A stretch of 64,000 bases of DNA. It comes from Eutreptiella sp. 'Long Island Sound 2002' (Eukaryota > Protista > Euglenida). The notes under the pieces are model-generated. The model was not told the DNA's origin and ran no database searches. It worked only from the letters and a program-made list of their open reading frames with translations. The stretch lies in the NCBI GenBank assembly GCA_964036045.1, contig OZ038378.1:6200001-6264000 (forward strand), given 5' to 3'. Positions 27,301 to 41,042 of the stretch are shown one piece after another (the first letter of the stretch is position 1; every line of letters starts with the position of its first letter). The position numbers were made by a program, and so were the translations under genes.

Positions 27301-30300
27301 GCCCCTGATGGTAATCAGAACATGACAGAACAATTTTTTGGTTGAAAAATTCGTATTTGATTCAAGAAACCCAGTCAGAGACTTCCGGGCTTTTCTGTGA
27401 AATGCCGCTCCAACTCCGTCAGCAGCAGTTGGTGGTTGTGCGACAGTAAGGGGTGTTGGAAAATCACTGATCTGCACGTATCCGACAGCGATTGGCAGCA
27501 ATGCCACCGCATCTGATGATCTGTTGACCTATTTGCTGTTGATTTAGCTGCGAAGCGGACCCCATCGTTGTGTCCTGTCCTTTTCATCTTTCAAAGAGCA
27601 CCCGATTTCCACCTTTGCGAAGGACTGGAGTCAGGACTGGGCTGTGGCGTTCCACCATGGACGCGGCCTGCAGCTGCGGAGGCCCGCCAGACCGGGCAAA
27701 CACCTTGTACATATGATGCCATACAATGGCCCATGCACTGCGTAATGAAGAGGGACAAGGCAATGCAGACCCGCTGTATCCCATATCAGTCTGTGTTGCG
27801 GTGACTTCACCGGGTTCCATGTTTGTGCTTTTCTTTGCTTTGCTCCTGCGATTTGCTGCCTTAGGGGCCGTGATGCTACTGGTGGCGAAGAAGCAGTTGT
27901 GGACAAGTACAGGGGAGGAGGGGGGGGTGGCAAGGCTCTAGCAAATACAGCATCCGCCATTGGAATTCAAGCCTAGGCAATAGTGTTGGGTATTTTTGTC
28001 GACCAGGCAATCATTTTCCTGGATTTTGCAGGATCCAAGGTGGTTGAAGTGAGGGGTGGAGCACGGGATAGGGTCACTTGTTGGACACATGAAGCAGTGC
28101 TGCGACTTTTGCCTTGCATCCATGGAAATGGTTGCAGCCAGCAAGTGGGTGGAAGAAGGGCAGGCGGTGGAATCATCAAACAGCATTCTTAGAACAGAGG
28201 TTTGGGCAATCCACATTGCTGACATGGCTTTCTGCCCTCTCAGGCAAGGAACAGTTTGACTCGCCTTGACAATTGTCTCTGGGTCACTGCCCACTCGAGG
28301 ATCAAGGTTTAATCATGTTTGACGTTGAGCATGTCTTGAAGAGTGTCACATTGTATGCGGTGTATGCACAGAGTACACAGGCTTGCTTTAAGATTCGTCA
28401 GTAGACCAGCACAATGGCCCCAAGGGGTGTTTGTGTGCATCCCTCTCTTCAAAGAGTTTCCTAGTAAGGTCCTTGGGCTTTCAAAATTGATGGCGCAGTT
28501 GAAGAACACCCAGGGTACCATATTCAAATGGAATAAGCATGTTGCATGAGGTGGAACTGCCCATGCATCAAGGTCATCCATCAAGGTCGGGATGGTTGTA
28601 GTTGGTGTAGCTCCTGGACCTAGCAACAGTGATGCAGGTCTGCTTCCTGTGCTTGGGCAGCGGTTACGCACTGTAGGGTGTGTATTGGGCAGGTTCTTGG
28701 GGAGGACCAGAACTGGATGCACAAAAATAAAATTGGCACTCAAACAGGTGGCCTGGAAGGATGACTGCCGTCCACGTGCCAGACACACCCATGAGCAATG
28801 TGGTTGCACGTACATTTCTGCTCATGCTAATAAAATCTACGAGAAAAGAAAAGACCACGATGGTCAAGGCAAACATCATAGCACTCCATATGCCACCAAT
28901 GGAACTGATGGGCATGGAGTCCGTGAAATGTGTCATAAAGAACGGAAAATGGGGACAATGGTTGAAAGGATTCAACCCGTCAGCCCTGCGAATTTCTTGT
29001 ACAACATGGTTAAGATACTCATGAACACAAGCAACGCTTTGACGCCAAGCCGCCTCCGAACATCCCTTGGTGCCCGGCCCCGTTCCAGTTGGGGTTATGG
29101 ACTGGCCCTTTTCCGATTGAGGATACCCACCTGCAAAACCGGTGCTTTCATCCATATCCCCAAATGGAAAGGGGCCAATCCATATTCCCAACTAGAAAGG
29201 GGCTGGTCCATATCCCCAACCAGAAAGGATTGGGGCTCCGTATCAAAAGTGGCCCAAAAGGATGCCCAGCGCGCTGGCGCTCCCCCCAATCCCCTCAATT
29301 GGCCCCCCATCCTCCTTGCCATCCCTTCCACATAGACAACAAAACCTCCCCGATGTGCTAGGCTATGTCTACCCCCATCCGCTGTGTGTTGTGGGCTAGA
29401 AGTGAACGATGCCCTATTCTTTTGCGCACATAGGAAACACAACACAAGTTCAATGCATACTTTCTCGTTTCGTTGGATTTGCAAAAACAAGAACATGCTA
29501 AGGTACATACCAAGTCAAAGCATGTTTGTGTTTTTCTACCCTTGTTGGTCATTGGGAGCACGTCCATGAGCAAGTTGTGCATGCAACCAAAAGCATCCTA
29601 TGCATGCACACACATTGTGGACAAGTGGCATTTGGTCCATAGTGGCTATTGAAACCCAAATGTAGGGTCGTTTTATGTACCTTAATGGCTGTCCTAACTT
29701 GTGGAATTCTCAGTATATGTGCATGTTTACAAGGTAACTATTGCCGTTGATATGTCGGGATAGTTAATACAAACGTCGCGCCGGGCATTCGCCGGGCACA
29801 CACCGGACAAACACCCCCCCCCCCCCTGATAACCCTCGGTCGGCAGGGCGGACTAGCTAGCACTTGGTTGGATGACTCCTTTTTGCAGTTAACCCCCCTC
29901 CCTTGGAGTGCTAGCTTGTTTGACCACCATGGGGACTCCCTCCATAATAAGCGGGGGTGCAAGTCTACACAACCCCAGGGCCTTGGGGTTTATGCACATT
30001 GTACCACTAGACACAAATGGTGGGAGAGGAGCCTAGGAAGGGGCCAATCCTGTGGTTATAACTGTACACAGGGTCTGAGTCAAATGTGTGCGCAACTGTG
30101 CAAGGTATCGGGCCCTATACGCAATTGTACAACCTCTGTTTGTCCAACTGTACGCAAACTTACACAGGTTTTCTTTGGACGGAAAGCCCCTTAGGTACTG
30201 GTCACGTCTGATGGATAGTGTTTATTTGTACAACACAGAGGGAATGGGGGGAACCGTCGTCCTTGGGGGGGTGGACATGGTGGAGGGAGGGTACATGGAT

Positions 30301-30659
30301 GGCTCTTGAGAACGTATTTGGCACATGGCTTCGTTGGTGGATAGGGTGTGCATGTCCCAGGTCGTTGCATTTGGGGGAGCATATGCCATGGTGCTACCCC
30401 CAAACCGATAGTGTATGCGAATTGTTTGCCCCCATTCAGGGCCTTAGGCTCACCAAGGGTGACAATGTGGTTGTGGCTAGTCATTCGGCTCATTTCTACT
30501 TGGGGGTCACCTGACAAGCTAGCCTCGAACAATGTTTTTGTCTTTGTTTTGATTGGCCTGACAAGGTGTTTGGAGGCATTTGCTCCGTGACCCTGCTGCG
30601 CTGTGCTCTGTATCATCCACACTGGGCCTCTGGTCATTGGTTCATTTGTTTCCCTCACG

Positions 30660-30661
<2 letters not shown>

Positions 30662-30690
<29 letters not shown>
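30662..30690. repeat. (GT)n microsatellite
   Basis: Direct inspection. A shorter run lies at about 15613-15635. Confidence 0.95.
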
Positions 30691-31758
30691 GTCCGTACGG
30701 TGCTGAAAAATTGTTGGAATCTGGAGGTAGAATGTGGGTGCATTTCGAAGGAAATCAGGAGTTGCACAGGACAGTGCTGTGGTAGTATAACAAAAGCGGT
30801 GGGAGTTGTGATGGTCCTGAGTGATAATAGGGCAACAGCCTTTGCTGAACTTGCTGCATTGGCGCCAGACTGGAATCTGCGACTGGGACCACCACTGCTC
30901 AGCCCGCACCAGGCGTATCCAGGATATTTGGCTGGAATTTTTACAGGCATTCTGAAAAATGCAATACCCTGGGTGGAAACATGGATATTTCAAATTATGG
31001 GAGCATGTGCCTGGCTCCAAGTTGCTCTCCTCTCAGGGTACAGGAGGTCTGACGCCACAAGGGCCATGCACGATCACCCCATGCACACCAAGCTACCACG
31101 AAACGTGTGCACCATGTATCCTATCATCTGCCCAAGAGACGGTGCCAGGTGGCAGTGATAGTACAGAATTGGTTGATTAAAAATGCCTACTGGAGCGGGG
31201 ACCTATTTTCTTCCTGGATTCTCCCTCCTGATCTCACTGTGGGCGGCGTCTGCGGGGAATGGAATGCAGACTTCGCTTCCCTGGGTTCTGTGATACAGCA
31301 GTGCAGGGACCGGGAGTGTGGCTGCGACAAACATTGACCGTCCAATGTGTGTGCGTGTGGTACACCAGTGATGGTGTACATCTGATACTTCCCACTGTGA
31401 ACTGACGTCTCTACATTCCTCGAGTGGGCGGTGGGCAAGGAGGGAGCACAGTTTCCGTCTCTGACCTATGGGGTAACTTTCTTCGCATGCATTCGTCTAT
31501 TAGTTCACACGGAGCTGAGCTGGGCTGGGCTGAGGGTGAACTGACGTGATGCCGTCGTGTGACGAGCCGGTTCTGCAAGAGGCAGAGCCTGGCTTTCCGT
31601 TTCCTGTAGGTTCCGTGGACGATGCTGTGCGTCTCTTCCTGCAGAAAGGCGCCTACTGGCGTTGGACATGCTTTGTCTTGTTTGATGACCAGCTGACGAG
31701 GAATTGACATCCAGACTTGGCGTTGTGCACGTCTGTTTGTTGACAACCGAGTGTGTGT

Positions 31759-31780
31759 CTTTCTCAGTGGCTATTTTTTT
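31759..31780 (+). other. Relict euglenid spliced-leader sequence
   Basis: CTTTCTCAGTGGCTATTTTTTT matches the core of the Euglena SL (ACTTTCTGAGTGTCTATTTTTTTTCG, recalled from memory) at 20 of 22 positions, 12 nt upstream of an ATG. Confidence 0.75.
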
Positions 31781-31792
31781 GTCATCTACAAA

Positions 31793-34363
31793 ATGTTCTG
31801 TGTGGGTGCCATTTTGCAATCAGTGTACGATGATCGTCGAAGCTTCATTGAAGAGGCACAGCACGACGAAGGCCATGGGACTGAAATCCAACAGAGCCCA
31901 GCCGAGACCAGCAACCGCGCAGAAGCCCCGCTTCAAGAAGCCTCCAGGCAAGTCACTGCAGACAGTTTTCTGTCAAACGATGCCATGCGGGACCTGCAGC
32001 TGGAGTCAGTCCGAGACAGCCAAGGGCTGAGTCCGACTGCGTCAGGGGAATCGTGGAAAACGAAGTCCCAGACTGTCGACCAACTTTTGCAGTTGAAGGA
32101 TGAGCAACTCTGCAGCACTCTGATTCGCGAGGAATGGGGCACGAAGAAGCTACGGACGCGGATTAGCCAGCTCGAAGAGTCACTTGCCGAGAAGGACTCG
32201 CTCTCCATGAAGCTCAAGCTGCAGCTGAAGGAGTATGAAGCAGGGATGGAAGAGATGGCCCTGAAGCTCAAGATCTCTGAGGCTCAGGTGGATGCCGCCA
32301 AAAAGGCTGAACCAAAGAAACGCACTTCCAGAGGGCGCAAGGGCGACCCTGAGGCCGGGATGAAGCAGATGGAGCAAGTTGCCAAGTACTACGAGAACAA
32401 GTGCAAGGAGATGCAACAGCAGCTGCTTATTCTTTCCGGAAAGGGTGGGCAGAAATACGCGGCGTTGCATGTGGCGGCGAAGCGGCTCCAGAACGATTTC
32501 CGTTCCACCAAAGTTTACCTCAAGTTTAAGATCCAGTCGACACTGGACGACATTATTGCTGATATCAGCAGCGCTCAGCTCCCGGAGTTACCCGTCCCTG
32601 AACTGCCGCCATGACCACCACCTGCTCCTGCTGCTGATCCCCCCACAGGTCCATCCCCTGCCGAGCCTAGTATTCCGATTCATAAAGTTGCCAGGCTGGA
32701 AGAACAGCTCGTGCTGCTCACAAACACGCTCAGCACAATGCAAGAAGACAACCAGGAAGTGCATGCGGAGGGCACTGAGAACACTTTTCTTGAAGACTCT
32801 CATGATCCGAACGCCCGCTTCGATCGTGCCCTTGAAAACTTTGCAGGCCTCAATGGGCAGCTGCGAGGCCTGGTCACGAAGCTGTTGGCGAAGGATGTGG
32901 AGAGCAATGACCGACGAATTGCCGAGTTGGAGGGCCAGAATGACCAGCTGAACGAGGAAATCATGGGCTTCATCCAGCAAGTGGAGGCCCTGAGGGTCAT
33001 GTTGCGGGCCTCTCAGACCCGAGCAGATTCCCCGAAGCCCGAATCCACAGAGATCGGCACTGAAACTGACGAAAACCAGCGGCCCTCCCCCCTGCAAACG
33101 GAGGAGACGAGCGGCGCCCTCTGCGCCAAGTGCGGCGTTTCGCTTGCCCGAGCCCACGCGCCGGACCAAGACATATCCGCCGCCATTCGCGCGCTTTCCG
33201 ATTGCGTGGAGCCGGCCGACGGTTGGCAGCTCCGGGAGTTCGCGGAACAAGTCGACTGCGTTGCGCAAGCGATCCAAAGGATGCCGCGCCCGCGCTCTCC
33301 GAAGTGCAACGGCCGGAGCCACATCCCCGACAGTGAGCAGCGGGCAGTCCAGGCCCTGCATCGCTGGCAGGAGAAGCAGCTGATGCTTGTGCAGCGGCGG
33401 CAACGGATCTTAATGTCCACCTGCACGGTCCTCCGCCAGTCCGTCATGGGCGGGGCCATGGCTGCTGCCGACCGAACTGCCACCAGCCCATCCGCCTCTA
33501 GACCCCGCGCTCTGTCCCGCGCCTCTGCGGACAAGTCTTTCCGGGAGCAGCCCTTTTCCCACCTCAGCTTGAGCCCGACCGCCCCTACCGGCGCTTGGTC
33601 GCCCCAATCCGGAGGCAGTGGCACGCCGTCCGGCTCCCCCGTGGCCGCCGTCTGCCACCTGCAGACCACCGGCCTTGCCCTCTCCGCCACCACCAGCCCC
33701 ACAGTGTGCCGCGCGCTCTCCATCAGCGGGTCGCCCCAACACGCCCTTGTGATGGCCAACAGCGGGAGCAGGGGCCGCAGCCCGCTAACCTTCAACGTCG
33801 GCACCAGCGTGGCCGTCCCGCGCACGTCCCTCCCCTCCTCCCCTGCGTTGCCCCGCTCCCGCTCACCTCCGACGCCGGAGTCGAGGCCGACCCCCGCCGC
33901 GGACGGGCCACCGCGCCACTGCAGCCCAACTTCAGTGGCCAAGGCCCTCACGCAGGGCCGCAGTGGCTTCAGGCTGAGGTCCCTCCCCTCCGCCCAGAGC
34001 GCCTCGCAGCCCGCCACACGCCCAAAGGCAGGGCCGGACGCCCCCAGGCCCGGCAGGTGCCCCGCGAGCCGAAGTGCGTCGCTGGAGGCGGGGCCGAGCC
34101 CTGCGCGCCGGACGGGCTCTTTGGAGGTCTTCGGCCTGACCCAGCACCGCCGCAGCGGGTCGCGCGCTCCCACGGCCGAGATGACCCCGTCGGGCAGCCG
34201 TAGCAAGTACGCGTTGGACTCCCCGCAGCACTCGGACGAAGCGGAGCGCGGCCCGGAGCCCAAGGCCGCGGGCAGTGACCTGCCTCCCGTGTCCTCGCCG
34301 CTCCGGAGGCGGGAGGCGGGGCGCGCGGCGTCCTCGCCTGACGGGGCCTTCTTCAGAGTGTGA
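31793..34363 (+). pseudogene. Intronless coiled-coil plus Ser/Pro/Arg-rich protein; probable processed pseudogene with one in-frame TGA at 32612-32614
   Basis: The track ORFs 31751-32614 and 32711-34363 are in the same frame, and the gap is open (PPPAPAADPP...ARLEEQL). There are heptad-like E/K/L/Q segments and an upstream SL relic. No family was recognised. Confidence 0.7.
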
Positions 34364-34446
34364 GACTCACGGGGCTGTGTGACACCGGCGATAAGTCGGG
34401 GGACTGCGGGCCTTGACAGTGGGCCGTGCCGCGGGCCAAAGACCAC

Positions 34447-35000
34447 GTTGCTTCTTGTTCCAATTTTCAGTCGGGTACACAAAACAACATAGGCTCTCGA
34501 CAAAGAGTCACAATAGTAGTTTCCAAAAGGCTTATGCATTCAGAGGTGATTGTAATATATTGTAGAGAATTTTGCTGAACAAAGTTCCTTTGTTCATTCG
34601 TGCGATGTCCCTGTAATGTTGTGTGTTCCATGTTCCATGGATGTTTTATGTTCTTGCAGCGGCGGAATATACTTTCTGTGACAGAGTTTCCCAGTTCCAT
34701 AGTCTGTTTTAAATTTAGCTGATCCTCACTACCTGTCAGATGCGCCACCACAGCCATTGTGGGATCATTGTGGGAACTGGACAGGTCTGAACCTTGAGTC
34801 CAAGAGGATCTCGAATACCATATGCTACACCAGCTCATCTTTGTCTGGGACAAAAACCAATCTCCTTTCTGTGACAGAGTTCATTTGCTTAAGATTATGG
34901 CTGTTGTGCCAAGTCGGGTTCGTTGTTTGCCCTGCAATGGATCATCATTGTTGTCGCCTCCTTGTCTGGCAGTGAAACCAGGAAAGTGAAGTCTGGTTAC
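34447..35000 (+). repeat. Leader segment of the satellite family; second copy at 50017-50588
   Basis: GTTGCTTCTTGTTCCAATT...GTGAAGTCTGGTTAC is present at both loci with small indels. Confidence 0.9.
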
Positions 35001-38000
35001 GGTGAGCGAAACTTTGGTTTTCGATGCTTAAAATTATTGTGCCGCCAGGCTATGCACTCTGCTATCTTTCTCAGCCTACACTCTTTTGTGCATGCTGTGC
35101 GGTGGTTTCCAACTGCAGAATCTGGTGTCAGAGTCAGCTCATCCTGCACTATGTGTGTCAGATCCGCTACCGCAGTCATTTGTGGGATCATCGTAGCATT
35201 GGACAGCTGTGCACCTTCAAGGGTTGTCTAGACTGGTGAGCAGGCCACACCAGCTTGTCTTTGTCTGCCCCGCCCCTTCAACAAGAAACATTGAGTTTAC
35301 GACACGTGAAACTCACACAATCTTTAGATTCTGCAGCCACGTCTATCCCTTGTGTCTGCCCTAATCAGTAGCTGCTCGGAATCGACGCAATTCATGAACC
35401 CACGATAGCCTGCTGCATATCTCACGATATTGGCAAGCAGCAGTAGCGTCACAGGGTGTGTGCATGCATGCCACACCAGAGTCTTCCCTTGAAATACTTC
35501 ATTGCGATGACTCTTGGGTGTGTGCAAATAATCATTAGCACACGCTCACCGATTGCGTACTAAAGGCTGTCGCTGGAATGCCCGTCTGGACATCTTCTCA
35601 TCCGATATACGCCACTTCGATGCAGGAGGTACACACTCGTCTGATACAGCGAGTCCATCCATGAGCAACTTCCCCGCCCGAGTCGGTGAGGGGCCCAACG
35701 AGTCGGCGAAATTCGGCGAAGCTGCCAAAAACCAAAAATTTGGGTGCAGCACTGATTGAGGAATGCCATGCAAAATGGAATGATAACTACACAGCTAACG
35801 CCGCATAATGGGCTTTTCTTTGTGCCAACCTCCAGAATTTTGATCCCGCCCTCCAAGTTGGGTAAAACGCGCCGCCGACTCGCTCGCCGACTCGTTGGCC
35901 GCCAGGTTTGCCGACTCGGGGCATGGGGGGGGGGGGGCTTGCATGAGGAATGAGCCACAGCTCTGGGCACTGACACAATGCATTGCGGTAGTAGCAAACA
36001 GGGTGCTCATGCGGCGTGCACGCCATGCGTACATTGGGGTTGTACCAAGACCCCACTCCAAAACCATCCATTTATTGCCAGCTCTGGAGCGCTGCAAGGG
36101 ACCCCATTTTGAGGGCTTCCGAGGAGAGCGCATTGGCCGAGCTTTTAGCCCAACAGCGGGCAGGATGTGCAGATGGTACCCGCGCGGTCACAGGGCTCAG
36201 GGGCGTTCAATGATACTCTCATTGCGAGGTCGAAGATCAGTGAACCCAACAATGACAATCATGGAGGAACGGTTTCCAATGACAAAGGCACAGTTACTGA
36301 CGCTAATGCTCATTCAGAACTCCCAAGAGGCCTTGCCGTCTGACCAGATCCCATCCATGAAACATTCCATAGCTCACAGGGCGAACTCAAGGCAACATTC
36401 AGAACTGGTTTCAAGCCGACCCGGGGGCATACGGTAGCTCAGTGTCCGTTGCTTCATATGCCCCAGAAAGGACCCAGTGTCCGTTTGGGTCGTGGTGTGA
36501 CATGTCATGCAAGCCCTGAAGGGGAGGTTTGGGAGGGTCTGAGGGCGGGGCTGCAGCGACCTGCCCCTGCGTGCAAACACGTTTCTCCCACCCCATTTTG
36601 CACGCCGCCCACAAAAGTTTGATCGTTGTTTGGGAAGGTAGACAACGTGGTCCCGGGTAGATTCTGTGCCACGCAAACGCCAGAGGGCAGACTGTTGTCT
36701 AGAACACCGGTGCCCAAGGCAGCGAGCTGGCACAAGGACCGAGTTTACCTTTGCCCATGAGTAAGACAAACAGGTCAGTGTTAGCACCCACGACCAGTTT
36801 CTACGCCACTGTGAAGTTCCTCACGGTGAGCGAAACTTCGGTTTTCGATGCTTAAAATTATTGTGCCGCCAGGCTATGCACTCTGCTATCTTTCTCAGCC
36901 TACACTCTTTTGTGCATGCTGTGCGGTGGTTTCCAACTGCAGAATCTGGTGTCAGAGTCAGCTCATCCTGCACTATGTGTGTCAGATCCGCTACCGCAGT
37001 CATTTGTGGGATCATCGTAGCATTGGACAGCTGTGCACCTTCAAGGGTTGTCTAGACTGGTGAGCAGGCCACACCAGCTTGTCTTTGTCTGCCCCACCCC
37101 TTCAACAAGAAACATTGAATTTACGACACGTGAAACTCTCACAATCTTTAGATTCTGCAGCCACGTCTATCCCTTGTGTCTGCCCTAATCAGTAGCTGCT
37201 TGGAATCGACGCAATTCATGAACCCACGATAGCCTGCTGCATATCTCACGATATTGGCAAGCAGCAGTAGCGTCACAGGGTGTGTGCATGCATGCCACAC
37301 CAGAGTCTTCCCTTGAATTACTTCATTGCGATGACTCTTGGGTGTGTGCAAATAATCATTAGCACACGCTCACCGATTGCGTACTAAAGGCTGTCGCTGG
37401 AATGCCCGTCTGGACATCTTCTCATCCGATATACGCCACTTCGATGCAGGAGGTACACACTCGTCTGATACAGCGAGTCCATCCATGAGCAACTTCCCCG
37501 CCCGAGTCGGTGAGGGGCCCAACGAGTCGGCGAAATTCGGCGAAGCTGCCAAAAACCAAAAATTTGGGTGCAGCGCTGATTGAGGAATGCCATGCAAAAT
37601 GGAATGATAACTACACAGCTAACGCCGCATAATAGGCTTTTCTTTGTGCCAACCTCCAGAATTTTGATCCCGCCCTCCAAGTTGGGTAAAACGCGCCGCC
37701 GACTCGCTCGCCGACTCGTTGGCCACCAGGTTTGCCGACTCGGGGCATGGGGGGGGGGGGGGGGCTTGCATGAGGAATGAGCCACAGCTCTGGGCACTGA
37801 CACAATGCATTGCGGTAGTAGCAAACAGGGTGCTCATGCGGCGTGCGCGCCATGCGTACATTGGGGTTGTACCAAGACCCCACTCCAAAACCATCCATTT
37901 ATTGCTAGTTCTGGAGCGCTGCAAGGGACCCCATTTTGAGGGCTTCCGAGGAGAGCGCATTGGCCGAGCTTTTAGCCCAACAGCGGGCAGGATGTGCAGA

Positions 38001-41000
38001 TGGTACCCGCGCGGTCACAGGGCTCAGGGGCGTTCAATGATACTCTCATTGCGAGGTCGAAGATCAGTGAACCCAACAATGACAATCATGGAGGAACGGT
38101 TTCCAATGACAAAGGCACAGTTACTGACGCTAATGCTCATTCAGAACTCCCAAGAGGCCTTGCCGTCTGACCAGATCCCATCCATGAAACATTCCATAGC
38201 TCACAGGGCGAACTCAAGGCAACATTCAGAACTGGTTTCAAGCCGACCCGGGGGCATACGGTAGCTCAGTGTCCGTTGCTTCATATGCCCCAGAAAGGAC
38301 CCAGTGTCCGTTTGGGTCGTGGTGTGACATGTCATGCAAGCCCTGAAGGGGAGGTTTGGGAGGGTCTGAGGGCGGGGCTGCAGCGACCTGCCCCTGCGTG
38401 CAAACACGTTTCTCCCACCCCATTTTGCACGCCGCCCACAAAAGTTTGATCGTTGTTTGGGAAGGTAGACAACGTGGTCCCGGGTAGATTCTGTGCCACG
38501 CAAACGCCAGAGGGCAGACTGTTGTCTAGAACACCGGTGCCCAAGGCAGCGAGCTGGCACAAGGACCGAGTTTACCTTTGCCCATGAGTAAGACAAACAG
38601 GTCAGTGTTAGCACCCACGACCAGTTTCTACGCCACTGTGAAGTTCCTCACGGTGAGCGAAACTTCGGTTTTCGATGCTTAAAATTATTGTGCCGCCAGG
38701 CTATGCACTCTGCTATCTTTCTCAGCCTACACTCTTTTGTGCATGCTGTGCGGTGGTTTCCAACTGCAGAATCTGGTGTCAGAGTCAGCTCATCCTGCAC
38801 TATGTGTGTCAGATCCGCTACCGCAGTCATTTGTGGGATCATCGTAGCATTGGACAGCTGTGCACCTTCAAGGGTTGTCTAGACTGGTGAGCAGGCCACA
38901 CCAGCTTGTCTTTGTCTGCCCCACCCCTTCAACAAGAAACATTGAATTTACGACACGTGAGACTCACACAATCTTTAGATTCTGCAGCCACGTCTATCCC
39001 TTGTGTCTGCCCTAATCAGTAGCTGCTTGGAATCGACGCAATTCATGAACCCACGATAGCCTGCTGCATATCTCACGATATTGGCAAGCAGCAGTAGCGT
39101 CACAGGGTGTGTGCATGCATGCCACACCAGAGTCTTCCCTTGAAATACTTCATTGCGATGACTCTTGGGTGTGCGCAAATAATCATTGGCACACGCTCAC
39201 CGATTGCGTACTAAAGGCTGTCGCTGGAATGCCCGTCTGGACATCTTCTCATCCGATATACGCCACTTCGATGCAGGAGGTACACACTCGTCTGATACAG
39301 CGAGTCCATCCATGAGCAACTTCCCCGCCCGAGTCGGTGAGGGGCCCAACGAGTGAGCGAAATTCGGTGAAGCTGCCAAAAACCAAAAATTTGGGTGCAG
39401 CACTGATTGAGGAATGCCATGCAAAATGGAATGATAACTACACAGCTAACGCCGCATAATGGGCTTTTCTTTGTGCCAACCTCCAGAATTTTGATCCCGC
39501 CCTCCAAGTTGGGCAAAACGCGCCGCCGACTCGCTCGCCGACTCGTTGGCCACCAGGTTTGCCGACTTGGGGCGTTGGGGGGGGGGGGGGGGCTTGCATG
39601 AGGAATGAGCCACAGCTCTGGGCACTGACACAATGCATTGCGGTAGTAGCAAACAGGGTGCTCATGCGGCGTGCGCGCCATGCGTACATTGGGGTTGTAC
39701 CAAGACCCCACTCCAAAACCATCCATTTATTGCCAGCTCTGGAGCGCTGCAAGGGACCCCATTTTGAGGGCTTCCGAGGAGAGCGCATTGGCCGAGCTTT
39801 TAGCCCAACAGCGGGCAGGATGTGCGGATGGTGCCTGCGCGGTCGCAGGGCTCAGGGGCGTTCAATGATACTCTCATTGCGAGGTCGAAGATCAGTGAAC
39901 CCAACAATGACAATCATGGAGGAACGGTTTCCAATGACAAAGGCACAGTTACTGACGCTAATGCTCATTCAGAACTCCCAAGAGGCCTTGCCGTCTGACC
40001 AGATCCCATCCATGAAACATTCCATAGCTCACAGGGCGAACTCAAGGCAACATTCAGAACTGGTTTCAAGCCGACCCGGGGGCATACGGTAGCTCAGTGT
40101 CCGTTGCTTCATATGCCCCAGAAAGGACCCAGTTTCCGTTTGGGTCGTGGTGTGACATGCCATGCAAGCCCTGAAGGGGAGGTTTGGGAGGGTCTGAGGG
40201 CGGGGCTGCAGCGACCTGTCCCTGCGTGCAAACACGTTTCTCCCACCCCATTTTGCACGCCGCCCACAAAAGTTTGATCGTTGTTTGGGAAGGTAGACAA
40301 CGTGGTCCCGGGTAGATTCTGTGCCACGCAAACGCCAGAGGGCAGACTGTTGTCTAGAACACCGGTGCCCAAGGCAGCGAGCTGGCACAAGGACCGAGTT
40401 TACCTTTGCCCATGAGTAAGACAAACAGGTCAGTGTTAGCACCCACGACCAGTTTCTACGCCACTGTGAAGTTCCTCACGGTGAGCGAAACTTCGGTTTT
40501 CGATGCTTAAAATTATTGTGCCGCCAGGCTATGCACTCTGCTATCTTTCTCAGCCTACACTCTTTTGTGCATGCTGTGCGGTGGTTTCCAACTGCAGAAT
40601 CTGGTGTCAGAGTCAGCTCATCCTGCACTATGTGTGTCAGATCCGCTACCGCAGTCATTTGTGGGATCATCGTAGCATTGGACAGCTGTGCACCTTCAAG
40701 GGTTGTCTAGACTGGTGAGCAGGCCACACCAGCTTGTCTTTGTCTGCCCCACCCCTTCAACAAGAAACATTGAATTTACGACACGTGAAACTCACACAAT
40801 CTTTAGATTCTGCAGCCACGTCTATCCCTTGTGTCTGCCCTAATCAGTAGCTGCTTGGAATCGACGCAATTCATGAACCCACGATAGCCTGCTGCATATC
40901 TCACGATATTGGCAAGCAGCAGTAGCGTCACAGGGTGTGTGCATGCATGCCACACCAGAGTCTTCCCTTGAAATACTTCATTGCGATGACTCTTGGGTGT

Positions 41001-41042
41001 GCGCAAATAATCATTGGCACACGCTCACCGATTGCGTACTAA

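Noticed and set aside
27900-29500. Possible decayed minus-strand RT remnant
   Set aside because: Only vague resemblance to PGxDG and QG motifs, with no YADD-like core.
33013-34539. 508-aa minus-strand ORF, and similar long antisense ORFs at 743-1741 and 53143-53817
   Set aside because: These are shadow frames of GC-rich sense coding sequence with no recognisable motifs.
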